Source of the DNA: Nitrosopumilaceae archaeon
Lineage (GTDB): Archaea > Thermoproteota > Nitrososphaeria > Nitrososphaerales > Nitrosopumilaceae
Reading direction: 5' to 3'
Assembly: GCA_965207375.1 (NCBI GenBank)
Contig: CBDBMG010000001.1
Span: 160,001-224,000 of the forward strand
Length of the DNA stretch: 64,000 nucleotides
The notes under the pieces are model-generated. The model saw only the letters and a list, made by a program, of their open reading frames with translations. It was not told the DNA's origin and searched no databases. The translations under genes and the position numbers were made by a program. Below are positions 1 to 14,727 of this stretch, piece after piece; within the stretch, counting starts at the first letter, position 1, and each line of letters begins with the position of its first letter.

Positions 1-255
1 ACTATTCAAGCTAGCTATACACAGCCATTCATCAAAACTTTACCAATTAATGACTCATGTAGCTATAACAAATTTTACTTGATAATGACACAGCTACTGG
101 TATAGCTAACTGTATTTAAGTATATAGCTAGCTAGCTACTCTATGAAATTGTCAGCATATTCACAATGGAGCTAATATTTATACCCTCATATGTAGCTAG
201 GTAATGTAAAGATTATTGGTTAATAGAAATTTAATTTTAATTGGTATAGCAACAG

Positions 256-573
256 ATCTACCAATTATTGCTGAGGGACGATGTATACCACAACCAGAAG
301 TTATTTCTAATAATGATGTAACAGTGATGATAGGATCTCCTGCATATATTGCTGATGGATATGATCTCACTATTACTTGTAATATTATTAATGGAATACC
401 TCCAATAAATATTAGTTGATATCGTAATGGAGTAGTTGATTCACCTACAGGAAGCACATCAACTATCACAATATCAAATGTGGACATTAATAAAGATAAT
501 GGTGTAGTCTATATCTGTAGAGCTGAAAATGATAAAGGATATGATGAGCAGTTCACTAGTGTTAATGTGTTTA
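256..573 (+). pseudogene. Ig-like domain exon with an in-frame TGA (417-419) at the conserved Ig Trp
   Basis: AG acceptor at 254-255 and GTAAGT donor at 574. Reads DLPII...LTITCNIINGIPPINIS*YRNG...TITIS...GVVYICRAENDKGYD, the C...W...YxC Ig pattern with W replaced by a stop. Confidence 0.85.
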
Positions 574-1014
574 GTAAGTACTTAACAATTGTAGTTGATC
601 ACCTAACACAAACCACACCTTGAATGCATGGTCAAATTATACTGAGAGTCCATATGAAAGTGAATGATGGCAACAATGAGGATGCAGCCAAAGCTTAGCA
701 CAATGCATTATTATATATGTATATGGACACATTATAGGTTTTTTCAAACGATTTATTCTAATTCAACTGTAGCTCTACTGCTTGCCAAATTTGTCTTTTA
801 ATTTGAAAGAAAATTGTGTCCATATACATTATTCTTGGTAATGGCTGCCGCTGCATATTCTACAACAGCATGTGTGTACAGTAACATATAATAGCTATCT
901 TATCTGAAATATTTAATTAACAGATCATTGGTAGCTATTAGTGAAGCTATGTAAAAGATCTGGTAATGCTGTATGAACATGCAGTGCCATGGATGACATA
1001 GCTAGTTATACCCA

Positions 1015-2644
1015 AACAAAAACAGCATGGCTGTAAAAAGTGTGAGATCAATCAGAAGCAGCATTGTAACAAGTGACCAAAGCTTTGGTATTAAGTAAGG
1101 TCAAGAAGTTAAAACTAGTAGCTAGTTAACAGGGCATTTTCACAACTATGATGGGCTTTGTCACTTGGCCATCTTTATAGCTAGTATAACGAAAAGATGG
1201 CCAAGCATTAACGCTAATCATAGTTGTGAAAATGCCCTATGAATTAGCTATTAATTTTAACTTCTTGGCCTTACTTGATATCAAAGCTTTTGGTCACTTA
1301 TAACTTGTTACAATGCTTGTTTAGGACATCACTGCTTTTTGTGCCTATACATAAACAGATGTTATAGTTTTATAAGCAAGTCTTGACGAAACCTAATATA
1401 AAGTATGTAGAGTAATTAAATTTTGTAAAGTGTCAACAAAAACTTAAACATTATAGGGAGGAGCAAGTTAATATTTTACTTGTATTTCATCAACCATTAT
1501 GAGTCATGTATATGCATGTAGTATACGTACCTAGCTTAGATGTCAGAATCCACTAGGATGAGCAAGAACTTTATACTGATTTACCAGACTCAGAGTAAGG
1601 TAATAGGTAAAATGTATAGCTAATTTACACCAATATTGTATTTTCCCACTTACAGAAGATGATGTTATATGAATACTGAGTGCTAGCTGAAGTGCAGCTA
1701 TATCATGTGCCGTAATATAATTTGTCACATTAACTACAATTAAGCAAATGCATGTCATCCACAATGTTCCTGGGCAGTCCTGGCCATTGTTTGGCACCCG
1801 GACCTATTGAAAACACAACAATTCATATAGCTAGTTATGTAAGATTATATACAATAATAGAATTAGCTATATAAGTGTATGATAACTATAGCTTTGTGCA
1901 AGTAGCTACTCCAAATGTTTAAAGCTTAATTTTGAAAAATTCGCATGTCACAGACATTAATTTTCCTCTGAGTTTTGGCAACTTTTGTCCTTCTGTGTAA
2001 AAGTTTTTCTTAAGTGCACTGATGTATTTGCTTAACTCTAAAAATTGTTTGACTCGTAGAGTATAGCTACATAGGAGAAATGCTGGTGGTAGAAATTAAT
2101 GAAAAGAATGAGTGAGTTATTAGACAACCAAGTGTGATGTACAGAATGAAATCTGAAAATAAAAATTCCAGGGTTCACACAAGCCCTCGTAAAGTGTCCA
2201 ATGAAAATAAAGAAAGAAAGAATTAGAAGAAAAAGAACAACTGCTAGGTAAATTTTTTTAATAGAAGGAGGACTTTATAACCCTGTATATCAGAAGACTG
2301 GCAGGACTGATTTCGATGAACTTCGAGTCACTGATTCTACATTAAATGAAGGTATTAATTCTTGAGTAACAAGCAAATCAGACCCAAAGGGATGGTTTGT
2401 CATGTGTAGTTACACAACGAGCACCAGAAAACTTACAATGGCTGGAACTCAGGAATGGTGATGCCGATATCCTTCATTATCATTATAGTATGAAGGTCTG
2501 TGATAATTAAATGATAACTTTTATGGCAGCTTATCTACAGCATTGGCTAATTTTTGAGCTTTGCTACGTGTAAATAATTCACTCAGTCGTCATGTACTGC
2601 TGCTTCATCTTCTTGGGCTCGCAACTCACTATCCTGAGTCTTGA
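1015..2644 (-). mobile_element. Non-autonomous Helitron-like element, family A (degenerate copy)
   Basis: Palindrome at about 1060-1320, body homologous to 15291-16800, and right end CTTCTTGGGC...ACTCACTATCCTGAGTCTTGA. Confidence 0.7.
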
Positions 2645-3271
2645 TACACAATCGTGTGTCTCCTCATTGTATCAATAGCTAATGATATACATATAAGAGT
2701 GAGCTATTAGCTATTTAGTTACAGGTATATCAAAATGATGTTTTACTGTTAAAGTTTGTATAATCAGTTTTCCTGTTACATAACAAAGTGATGTAGCTAA
2801 TGTAATTGTCATTGTTCTAGCTCCATTGTGTTCTCATGAAGTTTGTAGATCTAGAAGAAATATCTTGTGCATAATGTAAGTTTCCTATGTATAGGTAATA
2901 ATAAACTGTATTTACGTATGACTATAAATTGTGTTTAAACAGTATATTATCATATGTAGGTATTTTAATTGCAGTAGCACTTGTTTATAAGGATCCAGCT
3001 TAAGAGAAATGAAATATATAATACATGATTGTGATAGATAACGATAACACACTAAGTCCTTCATCTTATGCATGATCAATCATCTGGCTTAGCTGTGTAG
3101 GCAGTTCCATACAGTAGCTACCCAGCTGATGTCAGTAGCACTTTTGTTTATTTGTATGTTTGATTTTTACTGGAAACAGTTGACTACAATAAGACTGAGT
3201 GCATCAACATACCAAACAACGTGCATAGATAGTCAGTAGCTACATAGTTCATTGATTTAATGTGTTAATTA

Positions 3272-3452
<181 letters not shown>

Positions 3453-5260
3453 TACTTACTATATACCCCATAGCCCTAACTCTATGTGCTTGTGTAAACC
3501 TCAAATGGGATATTGCTCTGCTGCATATTACTCTACTGAGACACGACCACTCCCAGAAAGATGTACAAGATGCAGAATTCCTACTGACTTGGAGTGTTTA
3601 AAGACATGGTCTCAATGTGTTAAGAAACAAGATTAAGATGCTCATGGCTGAGTAAGTCCTATAGCTAGTCAATAAAACAGTGTAGCTAATGATGTTAACA
3701 TAACTGGCTAGCTGTGTTCCTGTGAAATGTTCATTATAGCTAGCATACAGGCTATACAGGTTATAGGCAGTATTCCATGCAACTATACTGCAGTATTTAT
3801 GGGACAATATTTGATAGCTGCCATCCTAAATATTGTAATTTAAATGGTTGTAGCTATATATAGCCATCTATATACGTAGATATAAGAATATACATCCTAC
3901 ATAGTACGCCATAATACAGAATGCACTGTAAAGTAAGACTTTAATATAAAATGGCAGCCAAAACTATTGTATGATTCTGGTTGTCATTTTGTATGAAATT
4001 CCTTAGGTAGCTAATTCTTATTATCTGCTGTCATTTATACAGCCCACACGACGTATAAAGACTGCTGCTAACTTCAAAATCTACACCCACCCTTGCTAAC
4101 TACTGGGATCAGTGGACTGCATGAATTTAGTTTTACTACAATTTATCTTTTATAGTTAGTTTTTCCCACATAACTAGTGAACTGATTATTTTAATGCGGC
4201 TATGCACTCTTATGTTGCAATCTGTATACTGTAGGAAATTACAGCATTTGATTTAAATGATTTGTTGTTCTTGTTCATGAAATAACATAATGGTCATATA
4301 GTAGCAATATCAATTATGTAATAGTTTTGGAAAATTTTCCTCCTGAAAAATTTGATTACACAAGTGGCACAAAGACTCGTGCCAGTACCAAATAACCTGA
4401 AAATAGAAATTGTAGGTTTTATGGTAAACTTTCAGGCTGTGTGTCTTGTTGTCCATGTAGTTTCCTGGTAATTTAAGTAGCTAGCTATAATTGAGATTTT
4501 TTGACATACAAGATGTACTGAAGCACTAGCTATTTATCTATACCATTGCTTCTGGAGTCAGTTTTAGATTGTAAACAGGATGTTCCTATTAGTTTTTCCG
4601 CTGTTTATCGGTTACCATAGATAATGATGCAATACATTCATACATATGTCATTGTTTATCACATGTTCCATGGTTACTAGCTATGGAAGTAATAGTGACA
4701 TACGTAAATGGAGATTTGTCCACTTCATTTACGGATAACCGTGTGTATATTGCACTAACATCATATCAACTTGAAGCTAATGCTCAGCCCTATTTGATGC
4801 TGCAGCTGAAAAGTGAGTAGTGGATATTTATAAAAATCACTTGATTTCACTACATATAGCTATATAGCTATTTTCGAGAGGTTTGATGGCACAACACGCT
4901 ATAGCTGTAGTTAGGTGAAATACAATCATAATACATTATAATTATTTTGCTGTCAGCTGTTGAACAAATCTGTTTGTGCATGTTTACACATGAATGATGA
5001 TTATTGTTGATCATGCGCAATATTAAAAGTATGCAACCTATATTATTAATTCACAAACTCTTATTATCAATCTTGTTCATGAAAAATTGCTTGACTTACA
5101 TATACGTAGATCTTGGACTGAAATATGGTAGAACTAACAATATTATATTCGAAGTGGATATTTCACCTAATTATGCTTTGTGGCAAAATAGTACAAGTTT
5201 ACTAGTAGTACGTATATATCTCATCTCTCCTAAATTACACATGCCTAGGCCAAAGTAAAT

Positions 5261-5527
5261 TGTGACCAAGTCTGCGAAAACCAGCCTTATCTGCACGCAT
5301 GTCAAATTGGACCTCATTTTGAGCCTTTCAAATTTATTATCTCTTTTTTCCTAACTTACTATAGTAGTCTATCAAAACTTTCATCATATACACAAAATTT
5401 CCTAAGGAATTCAATAAAACTTACAGATATTGTATGACCCACACAAAAAAGAGGTAGGTATGATAAAATGTATAATTAGGTGTATTTTGTGCAGATAGCT
5501 AAGACCTGTTTTGCGGACTCGGTCACA
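5261..5527. mobile_element. MITE with TGTGAC...GTCACA termini
   Basis: TIR TGTGACCAAGTCTGCGAAAAC / GTTTTGCGGACTCGGTCACA, flanked by AT on both sides. Confidence 0.75.
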
Positions 5528-5639
5528 ATTAAGGTTTTGCATGCGGCAGTCAGCTGGCTAGCTAGCTAGCTATAAGCCTCTCTTTATCCATCCAGAAACG
5601 GCGCCACGTGCTTCAAACTCCAACCTCAGTAAACCACAC

Positions 5640-5905
5640 CGGTAATCTTTCGTGTGATGAACACACATACCAGCCTTATATGGATTGTCAGTAAACTCTA
5701 CCGATTATTCTTTGTGTGATGAACACACGTACCAGCCTTATATGGATTTCAGTAGTTATTCTTCGTGTGATGAACACACGTACCAGCCTTATATGGATTG
5801 TCAGTAAACTCTACCGATTATTTTTCGTGTGATGAACATACGTACCAGCCTTATATGGATTGTCAGTAAACTCTACCGGTTATTCTTCGTGTGATGGACA
5901 CATGT
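5640..5905. repeat. Minisatellite, about 61-bp unit, about 4.5 copies
   Basis: Repeated TTCGTGTGATGAACACACGTACCAGCCTTATATGGATTGTCAGTAAACTCTACCG; one unit is shortened. Confidence 0.9.
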
Positions 5906-7370
5906 ATCCTTTATCGTACCATCAATGGCCAAAACGACCATTTTCATTTATGGTGACTAGTGTCCTAGTGTCTCAGAATTAATCAGGGAATGTAGGCATC
6001 AGAGTCAGTCAATTGTGCTTTATTGAATTCTCTACAAAATTAAGTTTCAACTCCTATCACCGGCTGGCTTCATTGCTTATAGACCTAGCTATATACTACC
6101 AAGAATTAGCTACTTAATACCTACCATATATCATTCACTTTAGGTGTGATAGTATAGCTTATTATTAGCTACTATTTTTGTTGTATACGTAGCTACTCAG
6201 TGCCGGATCACTCGATATCTGATTATAACAACACTGCAGTATGTGTAATACAATGTTAGCTACTTCAGTTATAAAATGATTACTCAATACCTTACTTATA
6301 TTACACATGCTGTCCATGCAAAGTGTTAGTAGCTAATACTTTACAATTTTTCATACTCCAATACTTTTACTGTCTATACTATCATGGAATTATACATACA
6401 TTACAATCTTTATGCTACTAAACTATAGCACAAAAGATATCTAATACTGAAACAACATTGCATGTGACTACTGCATGTAATCATCATAGCAGTATACGTC
6501 TCTGGATCTTTTCAAGAGCAGTAACAACCTGTTTAGTCCATGAGCATCATGCATCATGATGTAGAAGCTTATTCATTTGTGGTCTATGACCATAGGTAGC
6601 TAGCTAAGCCATATAGTTAACTTCCTCTGATGTAAGTCAGTTGAGATTATTTTAAGGTGTATAGTCTACTTTCCAAGATATAGCCGTGTTTTGTAAATAT
6701 TGGTTCCATTTCATGTGGCCAGCTAGTCCACTTTTTAGGCTTACATGACACTTAAACATTATATCAATAACCTCTAATAGAGCAGTCAAACATTCTATTA
6801 ATTCAGCCAGGTTACAAGCTGCATATATAATAGCTAACAGATAAATAAACAAAATACGTTATCTGGCCTGTGACAAGTCTGTCTGAGTCCTTGCCTCCAT
6901 ACTCCTCCAGTTTTCCTTCTTGTATATTATATATTTACTAGTTTCTTTCATCTCCATAGCAACATTTCAAGTTGACTGTTGTTAAGCAGTTGTGCTTGCA
7001 ATTGAGATCTCAAAGCAAGCTAATGCTAAAATATTGGTATCCTGAAACCTTTAACAGCGACGTGTTTATACAGTAGACACTGACTGCTGCATGGTGGATC
7101 TTCAATACACACCCACCTGGAACACACATGCCAAGTTGTTGTGTGGCTCTATACAAACATACAATAAACCAACGGTGATAATTTGTGGCTACAGTAGTTG
7201 GGACATAGACTAGTTACTCACATGAGACATACCAGCATGTTGTGAAGGCTAGTCATGTGTGACCTACTCGGCTGTCATAGTAATTTAAACTTTTGGCACA
7301 TAGCTACAAAAGGCAACAACTTCAATTTCATGAGGTCACCTGAGCATTTTATGATAATCATATTTAAACA

Positions 7371-7511
7371 GTGCTATCGTGGATTGCGCATCCGTTGTCA
7401 GTAACTGAATGGATCCCTGAAACTTGATTGATTATTTTGAACAAATTAGCCAATCAAATTTCAGGGATTTATTCCTGTTACTGACAACGGATGCGCAATC
7501 CACGATAGCAC
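7371..7511. mobile_element. Fold-back MITE / palindrome
   Basis: GTGCTATCGTGGATTGCGCATCCGTTGTCAGTAAC and its perfect reverse complement; arms about 60 bp. Confidence 0.8.
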
Positions 7512-7921
7512 ACTTTCATAAACATCACATGATTCATAGGATGTCTGTACACCGTATTTAATATCGTTGTTGCATCACGGGGCTCCTTGCCACAATCACT
7601 ATAAACGGTACACTGAAATGAAACTAAGTGAATCCTAGACAAGTTGTGTTTTCCTTAATCAGGATCATTCTGCCACTGATATCAATTGGCATGGAAATAA
7701 TTCTTGATCTATTGATTTAATGAACCAATGTATTGATATTGTTGATTTGGCTTCACACAAATACTTTGATGTGCTAATTGTCTGACACCAAACCACTGAG
7801 TGTTTTTATATTACCCGGTAAATGACAGTAATATTTTCTATATTAAATACCCAGTGCACCAGAAATTACACTTTATTATTACCTTCTGGCTGCATCCACA
7901 TATTCAACACTCATCAAACAC

Positions 7922-8359
7922 TAGGCCTGAGTCTATTATGCTCTGAAAATTGCCTATTATGCTTTTTGGCATTGCTCCAATTTTGTGCCTATTATGCTAG
8001 ATTTTATGCTACTCCACAGTCAATTATGCTAGTAATAATACACAGTTTAATGCAAAAACCTGCCTAAAATCTGACCTGTCACATGCCAGTAGTTGTTATA
8101 ACCATTTTAGTGGTGCCTAATATAATATAGCGACTATAAAGGAGTTGTAGAAGCTTAAACTGTGAAGCATTGCCTAGCAGTGGAGCTGTGGAGTAAGAGT
8201 ATTTTATAGTTTTTAGATTGTAAAAATGTTGAAATTAAGTTTAAATATGCAGCTTGCGCCCGCATTTGCAAAATCATGCCTATTATGCTGGCATTATGCT
8301 TGATGCTTTTGCACACCTATTATGCTAAAAATTATGCTGGCATAATCGACTCAGGCCTA
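7922..8359. mobile_element. Non-autonomous hAT element
   Basis: TIR TAGGCCTGAGTC, perfect 8-bp TSD TCAAACAC (7914-7921 and 8360-8367), repeated subterminal ATTATGCT motifs. Confidence 0.9.
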
Positions 8360-8630
8360 TCAAACACTCATGCATAAGAGTAATATTCCTTCACCAGACT
8401 TTCTCACTATGTGGTATTAAATTGTGATCTAGCCATGAAACTTTGTGGCTCAAATTTGATGGTTGCTTGATTGTCGGGATTAGCCGAGAAGATTTAAATT
8501 TATTCACTATGCACTGTATCATATGCATATTTTGCCCGCACATGTATTAACAATAGCATTGCCAAGGGTTCTGAGCCCCACCCAACACCAAGTGGAATAG
8601 GTCATATCCACAGAAAGCAGATCGGTATAT

Positions 8631-8710
8631 CTACTCTAATAGAACAGTCAATTGATGTGTTACTCTAATAGAACAGTCAATTTATGTGTTACTCTAATAG
8701 AACAGTCAAA
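8631..8710. repeat. Three copies of a ~30-bp tandem repeat containing ACTCTAATAGAACAGTCA
   Basis: Direct tandem copies. The motif recurs dispersed at about 6775, 14110, 24020, 30655 and 37505. Confidence 0.85.
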
Positions 8711-9037
8711 TATTGGAGTCAGTGTAATAATTAAGCCTAGCTACACCACTGCGTGTGTAGGCTATCTATCCCATATGCATATCAGGGATGTGGCCACAGT
8801 AGTCGACAGCAACCAGTACTGACCACTACTACAACCTCACTGACCAGTAGCTACTAAAATTTGTCGGCATAATGCTTCTACTTGCCAGTGACTACATCAT
8901 AAAGTTATTAATTTAATATTAAAATATCTGCATAAGTGAAAATGGTTCACTTTAATTACTATAAACACAACAAAAGTGTCTAGCTACAATAAGTTGCAGA
9001 GACCTAAAATTCCTTTATGTATTGATCATTGTAGTTA

Positions 9038-9227
9038 CCGTATAGAGCAAAAGTTTGATGATGGAAAAGTTGACGAATTTGATGAATGGCTAGCGATTCA
9101 TCAAAGTTTTTCCCTACAAACCTTTATCTCTTAATGTTTCTCCTATGAAACCCACAATCAATTCATCAAACTTTTGTGAATGATTCATTCATCAAAGTTT
9201 TCCCAGTCAAACTTTCATGCTATACAG
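9038..9227. mobile_element. Tc1/pogo-type MITE
   Basis: TA|CCGTATAG ... CTATACAG|TA ends with internal inverted repeats. Confidence 0.7.
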
Positions 9228-11747
9228 TATGTGTAGGTGTATATTGCAAGATGAGTAGCCTATAATGGCAAAAATATATGCTACATATAATGAAGTTGTT
9301 AGCTATGTGTATAGCTAATGCATTCACTGAACTGCTGCATGACAATCAAAGCAGTAAAATAAAATAAAATGTAGCTAATCCGATTTAAAATGTTTCCAGC
9401 ATTTGAAGGGTATAAAATTTTGTTCTACAACATCTAGCTACAGCAAAAGCTTTGGTCTGGAAAAATCCTTTTTGGATTTTCAAGTTGGCTATAGACCATG
9501 ATTATACTGTAGTTTCTCTTAAATAATTATTATTGATGTTCACTTTTAGGCACTGGTGATATGGGGTCAGCAGACATTTCCACCAGTCACTCCAACCTTT
9601 CCCCCTCCTCCAACAATGACTACTGGTATAGTTAATTTACTATCATAGCTAATTTATTACTTGAATGACAATAAATTGAATTTAATAATGCAGGGATTGC
9701 TATTCTGTCTGAGGAGCCTGACACCTTGTCAATCTGCATATGAGGTATATAAATCAAATTATTTCAAATTTTATGATTTAGTTTGTAACAATCGAGTAAC
9801 AATGGTGCCCAAAATGTTTAGTATGATTACCGGTGAAAAAATCATGCAAACTACTGAGAATGAAGAACTTTGAAATAGTCACATGTTACAACTGAAATGC
9901 AAAAATATTTTGTTTTATGAAGATTTCTAGAAACAAAAGTGATTTATGATTTACACTAGAGTGTACAAGGTTTACAAATATGTCGGGCCCCTCAATTCTG
10001 CCACAAATGTAAGGAAACAAGGAACACAATTCTGGTATGAATTAATTATGTTTATTCAAATGTCTGTCAATAATATTATAAGAGATTAAGTTTTCAAAAA
10101 AGTCAATAATTATAAAGTGATGCTATAGTGAAAATATGGAATCGATATCTTCTATCTACAGAAAGTTATGCACAAAACAATTTTATGGAAGTGTATGCCT
10201 TGTTGCACTATATTTCCATCTGCACCAACATTTCCTATTCTGATTGTCACACTTGCTTTGCTATGTCTTCATTATTAAACTTCTTTGCCAAAGGGCGTTG
10301 ACATTGCATGAAGGTATTAATATTCCACACAAGGTGTTAACATCTCACTTTGGGTACTGAGCCACATGCCTATAATGTGATCGCTATTAATAATGCCATT
10401 TGTATGATTAAGGATAACTGCAAGGAACAATATTTTCAAGCAATAGTTCAAGTACATGCGATAATGCAATTTCTAGATGTTTTGGTAAAACATGTAACTA
10501 GTCTCATATACTTCTGAATTTAAAAACTTTATTATTTCTTGTAGTTCTGAGGCATCTTAACGAATGTTATTGAGAGATTTTTAAAAATTATAAAATATGT
10601 TTAAGTTATGCTGATTTATATTGAAAAAACAATAGACACACTGCAAAATCTATACTTTTTCAGTAAAATTACTTAGATTACTAATAGTGTATGTGATGCT
10701 TTCTAAAGGTTTGACATGATTTATCAGACATAACCTTGACGTGCTAGAACAGTTTTAAATAGCTTTACAACTTATTGTCAATTTCATATTTCGGAGCTAA
10801 AAATTTTTTGGAAGTACATGCCTTGTTGCACTATAGAGCTATAGCCTTGAAGGCTATACACCCAGTGATTTAAGTAATAGGTCAATCCCTGTTGACAGGC
10901 TAGGCTGGCAGATGAAAATCTAGTAGTTTTCAAAACATTTTAAATTTGATAGTGGGCCAAGTTAACAGTATTAGGTTGTGCCACTAGTCGGTTTTCTGTG
11001 TTTTGATTTTATAAAATTGTTTTTCAAGGTGCATGTTTTCAGAAGTCATTCATTTTCATAACAATCCGATAGTAATTTTATAAAGGTTGTTTTCAAGCAT
11101 ATTTCATTTTCATGGCAATATCTGTATATAATGAAAGCCATCTGTCTCTATCTATTTGTCTCATAACACTGAGTCAATGATAACTCAGTTATCTCTGCAT
11201 TGATCAACGCTGGACTTGCATGTGATAGCTGTGTCTTCTGATGTCAGCTCTAAAAGCTTTTAAGAGCTGTAATTTATGTTTTACCATCTAAAATAACCAG
11301 GCACTGCGTAACTTAAACCACTAGCTATTAATCTACTGCCATTCAATGTATTGCAATAGCATTTTAATGAGCAAAGACTCATCACTAAGGAACACCAAAG
11401 ATAGTATAACTCCGTACAGAGTTATACTATCTATGATTAGAAACTGAAAAACAGTAGGATTTGTTATTGGGTTCGTTTATGTGAATGGTTTTTAATAGCC
11501 TAGGGATGGACAGACAGACAGACAGACAGACCGACACACAAAACCAGAAGCACGCCTGACAGAAGCAATTGAAATAACCATTAGCACATGGCAAAATAGT
11601 CATTAGTTTAGTGCTTATATAGGGTCACTGGAGATAGAATCTGCTGCATTCAGATACTGAAGCAACTTGAGTTCCTGGCTCTGAAAGCAAAAATCAGGAG
11701 CAGGAACACTACAAGTTCATCTATAGCTGTGCCATTATGATATAGTA

Positions 11748-13285
11748 TCAAGACTCACGATACTGAGTCGCAAGGCCAAGATTAAGCAGCCGTACGTATA
11801 CGCGACGAATGAGTCAGTTATTTACACATAGCACCGCTCTGAAAATTGTAAATGCTCTAGCTAAGGCGCCATGACAGTTATCGATTAGTTATTAAGGACT
11901 CGGTACGTTCTAACTATATAGAATTAGAAACCTGACAATGGAGGAAACCGGCACCACCAATCCTAAGTACTAGACATTGCAAGTTTTATGGCACCCGTTT
12001 GTGCGCCCACGCTCGAAAAACCATCCCTTTGGTGACCATTCACCTATTTACTAGACAAGTAGTACCTTTAGTGTGTGAAGAATTGTTGTTCTGAAGTTCA
12101 TCAACATTGGTCACATCTAACTTCTGCAACAGCCATACAAAGTCCTTCTTCTCATCAAAAAAAGTTTTACGTGGCCATCGTTTTTTTCTTTCTTTTTTTC
12201 ATCGCACACTTTTCGTGGGCTTGTGAGCCCCAGCGTGAATCCCGGAATATATATTTGAAACACTCATTTAGTACATACACTTATTTGTCTAATGACTCAC
12301 TCATTTCTGCATGCCGGGATTTCAGCCAACTTTGTATCAACACTTCTCCTATGAATGCTCTACCAGACAAACAACTTTCAGATACCTGAATCTATTTGAG
12401 AGATACTTTTACACTGCATGTTGATAGTTTCAATAACTCAGACCCCCTCTAAATCATTTGAATGAAATTTCAGATACACAAACTATATTGATATATGAAT
12501 CTTCAGTATAAGTTTAATTATGACACTTCAGTTTGTCAAAATTAGGCTTTAACCATTTCATTCATCCATGATAATTATGCCAAACAACAGCAGGTGAATA
12601 GTGGCCACACATTATAAATAGGAGATCACTGTCACTGTTAGCATACACAAAATTTTATTTAAAACATTATACTATTGTCTTCTCCCGTAAATTGATCAAC
12701 AGTAGAGGATGGCAATGATGTCACACATGCTACACATGACTGAGCCTTCATTGAAGTTATCAATTGTTCTCCAGCTACATAGCTAACAATTATATTAATA
12801 ACACATACTTTATATGTTCATTGGCTACTTGGGGGAAATACAAGGGAAACACCCAAAGTATTAACTTGCTCCTCCCCTTTAAAATTTAATTACTCTGCAT
12901 ACTTTATATAAGGTTTCCTGTCAGGACTTGTTTATAATTATATAATCTGTATTTGAATACTTACAAAAAGCAGTGATATGCTAAACTAAAACAGCCTGGC
13001 TGTGAAAAAGTGTGAGGCCAATCAGAAGCCACAATGGTTATAAGCGGCCAAAAACTCTGATATCAAGTAAGGCCAAGAAGTTGAATATTTTTTAAGAATC
13101 CTTTTACTTGAATGACATACAACAGTTTACAGGGCATTTTCACAACTATGATTCTTGGCCACTTTTTTGTACCATTATCTTTTGTAAGGTGGCCAAGTGA
13201 CAAAGCCAATCATAGTTGTGAAAATGCCCTGTAAACTATTGTATGTCATTCAGGTAAAAAGGATTCTTAAAAAATGTTCAACTTT
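11748..13285 (+). mobile_element. Non-autonomous Helitron-like element, family A (inverted relative to 15291-16800)
   Basis: Starts A|TCAAGACTCACGATACTGAGTCGCAAGGCCAAG. Body is a reverse-complement match to about 15440-16800. Palindrome at 12976-13284 has a truncated second arm. Confidence 0.8.
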
Positions 13286-14341
13286 ATCAATCTATTCTAA
13301 TAAAGCAGTCACTATATTTGGTGGCTGCACTATTAGAGAGTATCAATATTTCATAATAATTATTCATTACGTAGATTTTCGAGGGCCATAAATTTCGCTG
13401 TTTTCGTGGTCAACTTGTCATCCACAAAATTTAAATCCTCGAAATTTCATAAAACAATCATACGTAATATACACATCACATAATGCAGGATGCCAACTCT
13501 GAGGCTAACCCACCAGTAGGCAATCATTATATGAGACATCCACTAATCCAATCTACATACATGACAGTAATTTATCCCACTTCACAGTTCATCTGGCCAC
13601 AATGAGGCAAATAACTAACAAATCTTTCAAATTTTAAAAGAGGAATAGGGATTAATCTTCACTGCATATAGTAAGGAAACAATGACCATTTTTGTGTTGA
13701 ATCCTACTATTAAGCAGAGGTGTATAGGCCGTATTGGTAATGCTTCAACAGGTAGATCATGGCCAATTGATCTTTCTTTTTTCTGTCTGAATATGGCTCC
13801 TATCACATTCTCATGTATCGTAACAAGTGAAATCTATAGGAAGATATTCTATTTATGGGTGCCACTACTGAATGTTAATCACAGGCAAAACAAGTTACCA
13901 AACTGAACTAGCCAAGTACAGGCCTGTATCCAGAAATTTCTGTTGAGGGTCCACAATCCAGGAGCGGTGAAAGAGCTTAAATACACGATGTATGCACATG
14001 AGGGATTCCATACACAAATTATTCTCTATTGCATGATTATCAAATACATACAACCCACAGACTTGACTTATTCAAGGAACACAAGTGAAATATACCACAC
14101 TGACTTCTTTATTAGAATGACTGTTTTATTAGAGTATATTGATCCAGCTTTTGGTTCAGTGACATCAGTTATTTTTCCCATTCTTCCTACCCCCTGCTAT
14201 TAAGTACTACCACATTGATGATACCATAGTATATATTATCTATGATGATACAGGCATATGACAAAATATTCACTTAGCTATGGTTAACAAATATCAGATA
14301 CCTATGTTGTCTGAATCCCATTATAATTATTATAATTATAG

Positions 14342-14665
14342 TGATAAATGGATCAGTGGCTGTGCTTGTTGGAGAACCTGTTACAGTTGGAGATGATGTA
14401 CGAGTGACTATTGACTGTAGTCCACTGATAGATGATGCAATTGATAATGGTATTCCAAATCCCACTGTAACTTGGTTTAAAGATGGAGCTGAACTCTCAA
14501 ATGCATATGTACCAAAGGTTGAAATATCTGCTGATAAAAGATTTTGTATAATCACTGACACTTTATTGGCTGTTGGTGGTCAACTTGGAAATGCTGGCCA
14601 ATATACTTGTGAAGTTTGTGATGGCACCATTTGCATGAATAAAACTAGTTGTCTGTTTGTTTGTG
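14342..14665 (+). CDS. Ig-like domain exon of a surface receptor
   Basis: AG at 14340-41 and GTAAG at 14666. Reads VTIDC...PTVTWFKDG...GQYTCEVC. Confidence 0.88.
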
Positions 14666-14727
14666 GTAAGGCTTAATGTTAACTACTGAGGAATGTTCTA
14701 TATAATATATACCTTTTGTATATTTAG

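Noticed and set aside
417-419. Selenocysteine codon
   Set aside because: The position corresponds to the Ig Trp, not a Cys, and no SECIS was recognised.
5640-5905. CRISPR-like array
   Set aside because: Units are wholly repeated with no unique spacers, there are no cas genes, and the context is eukaryotic.
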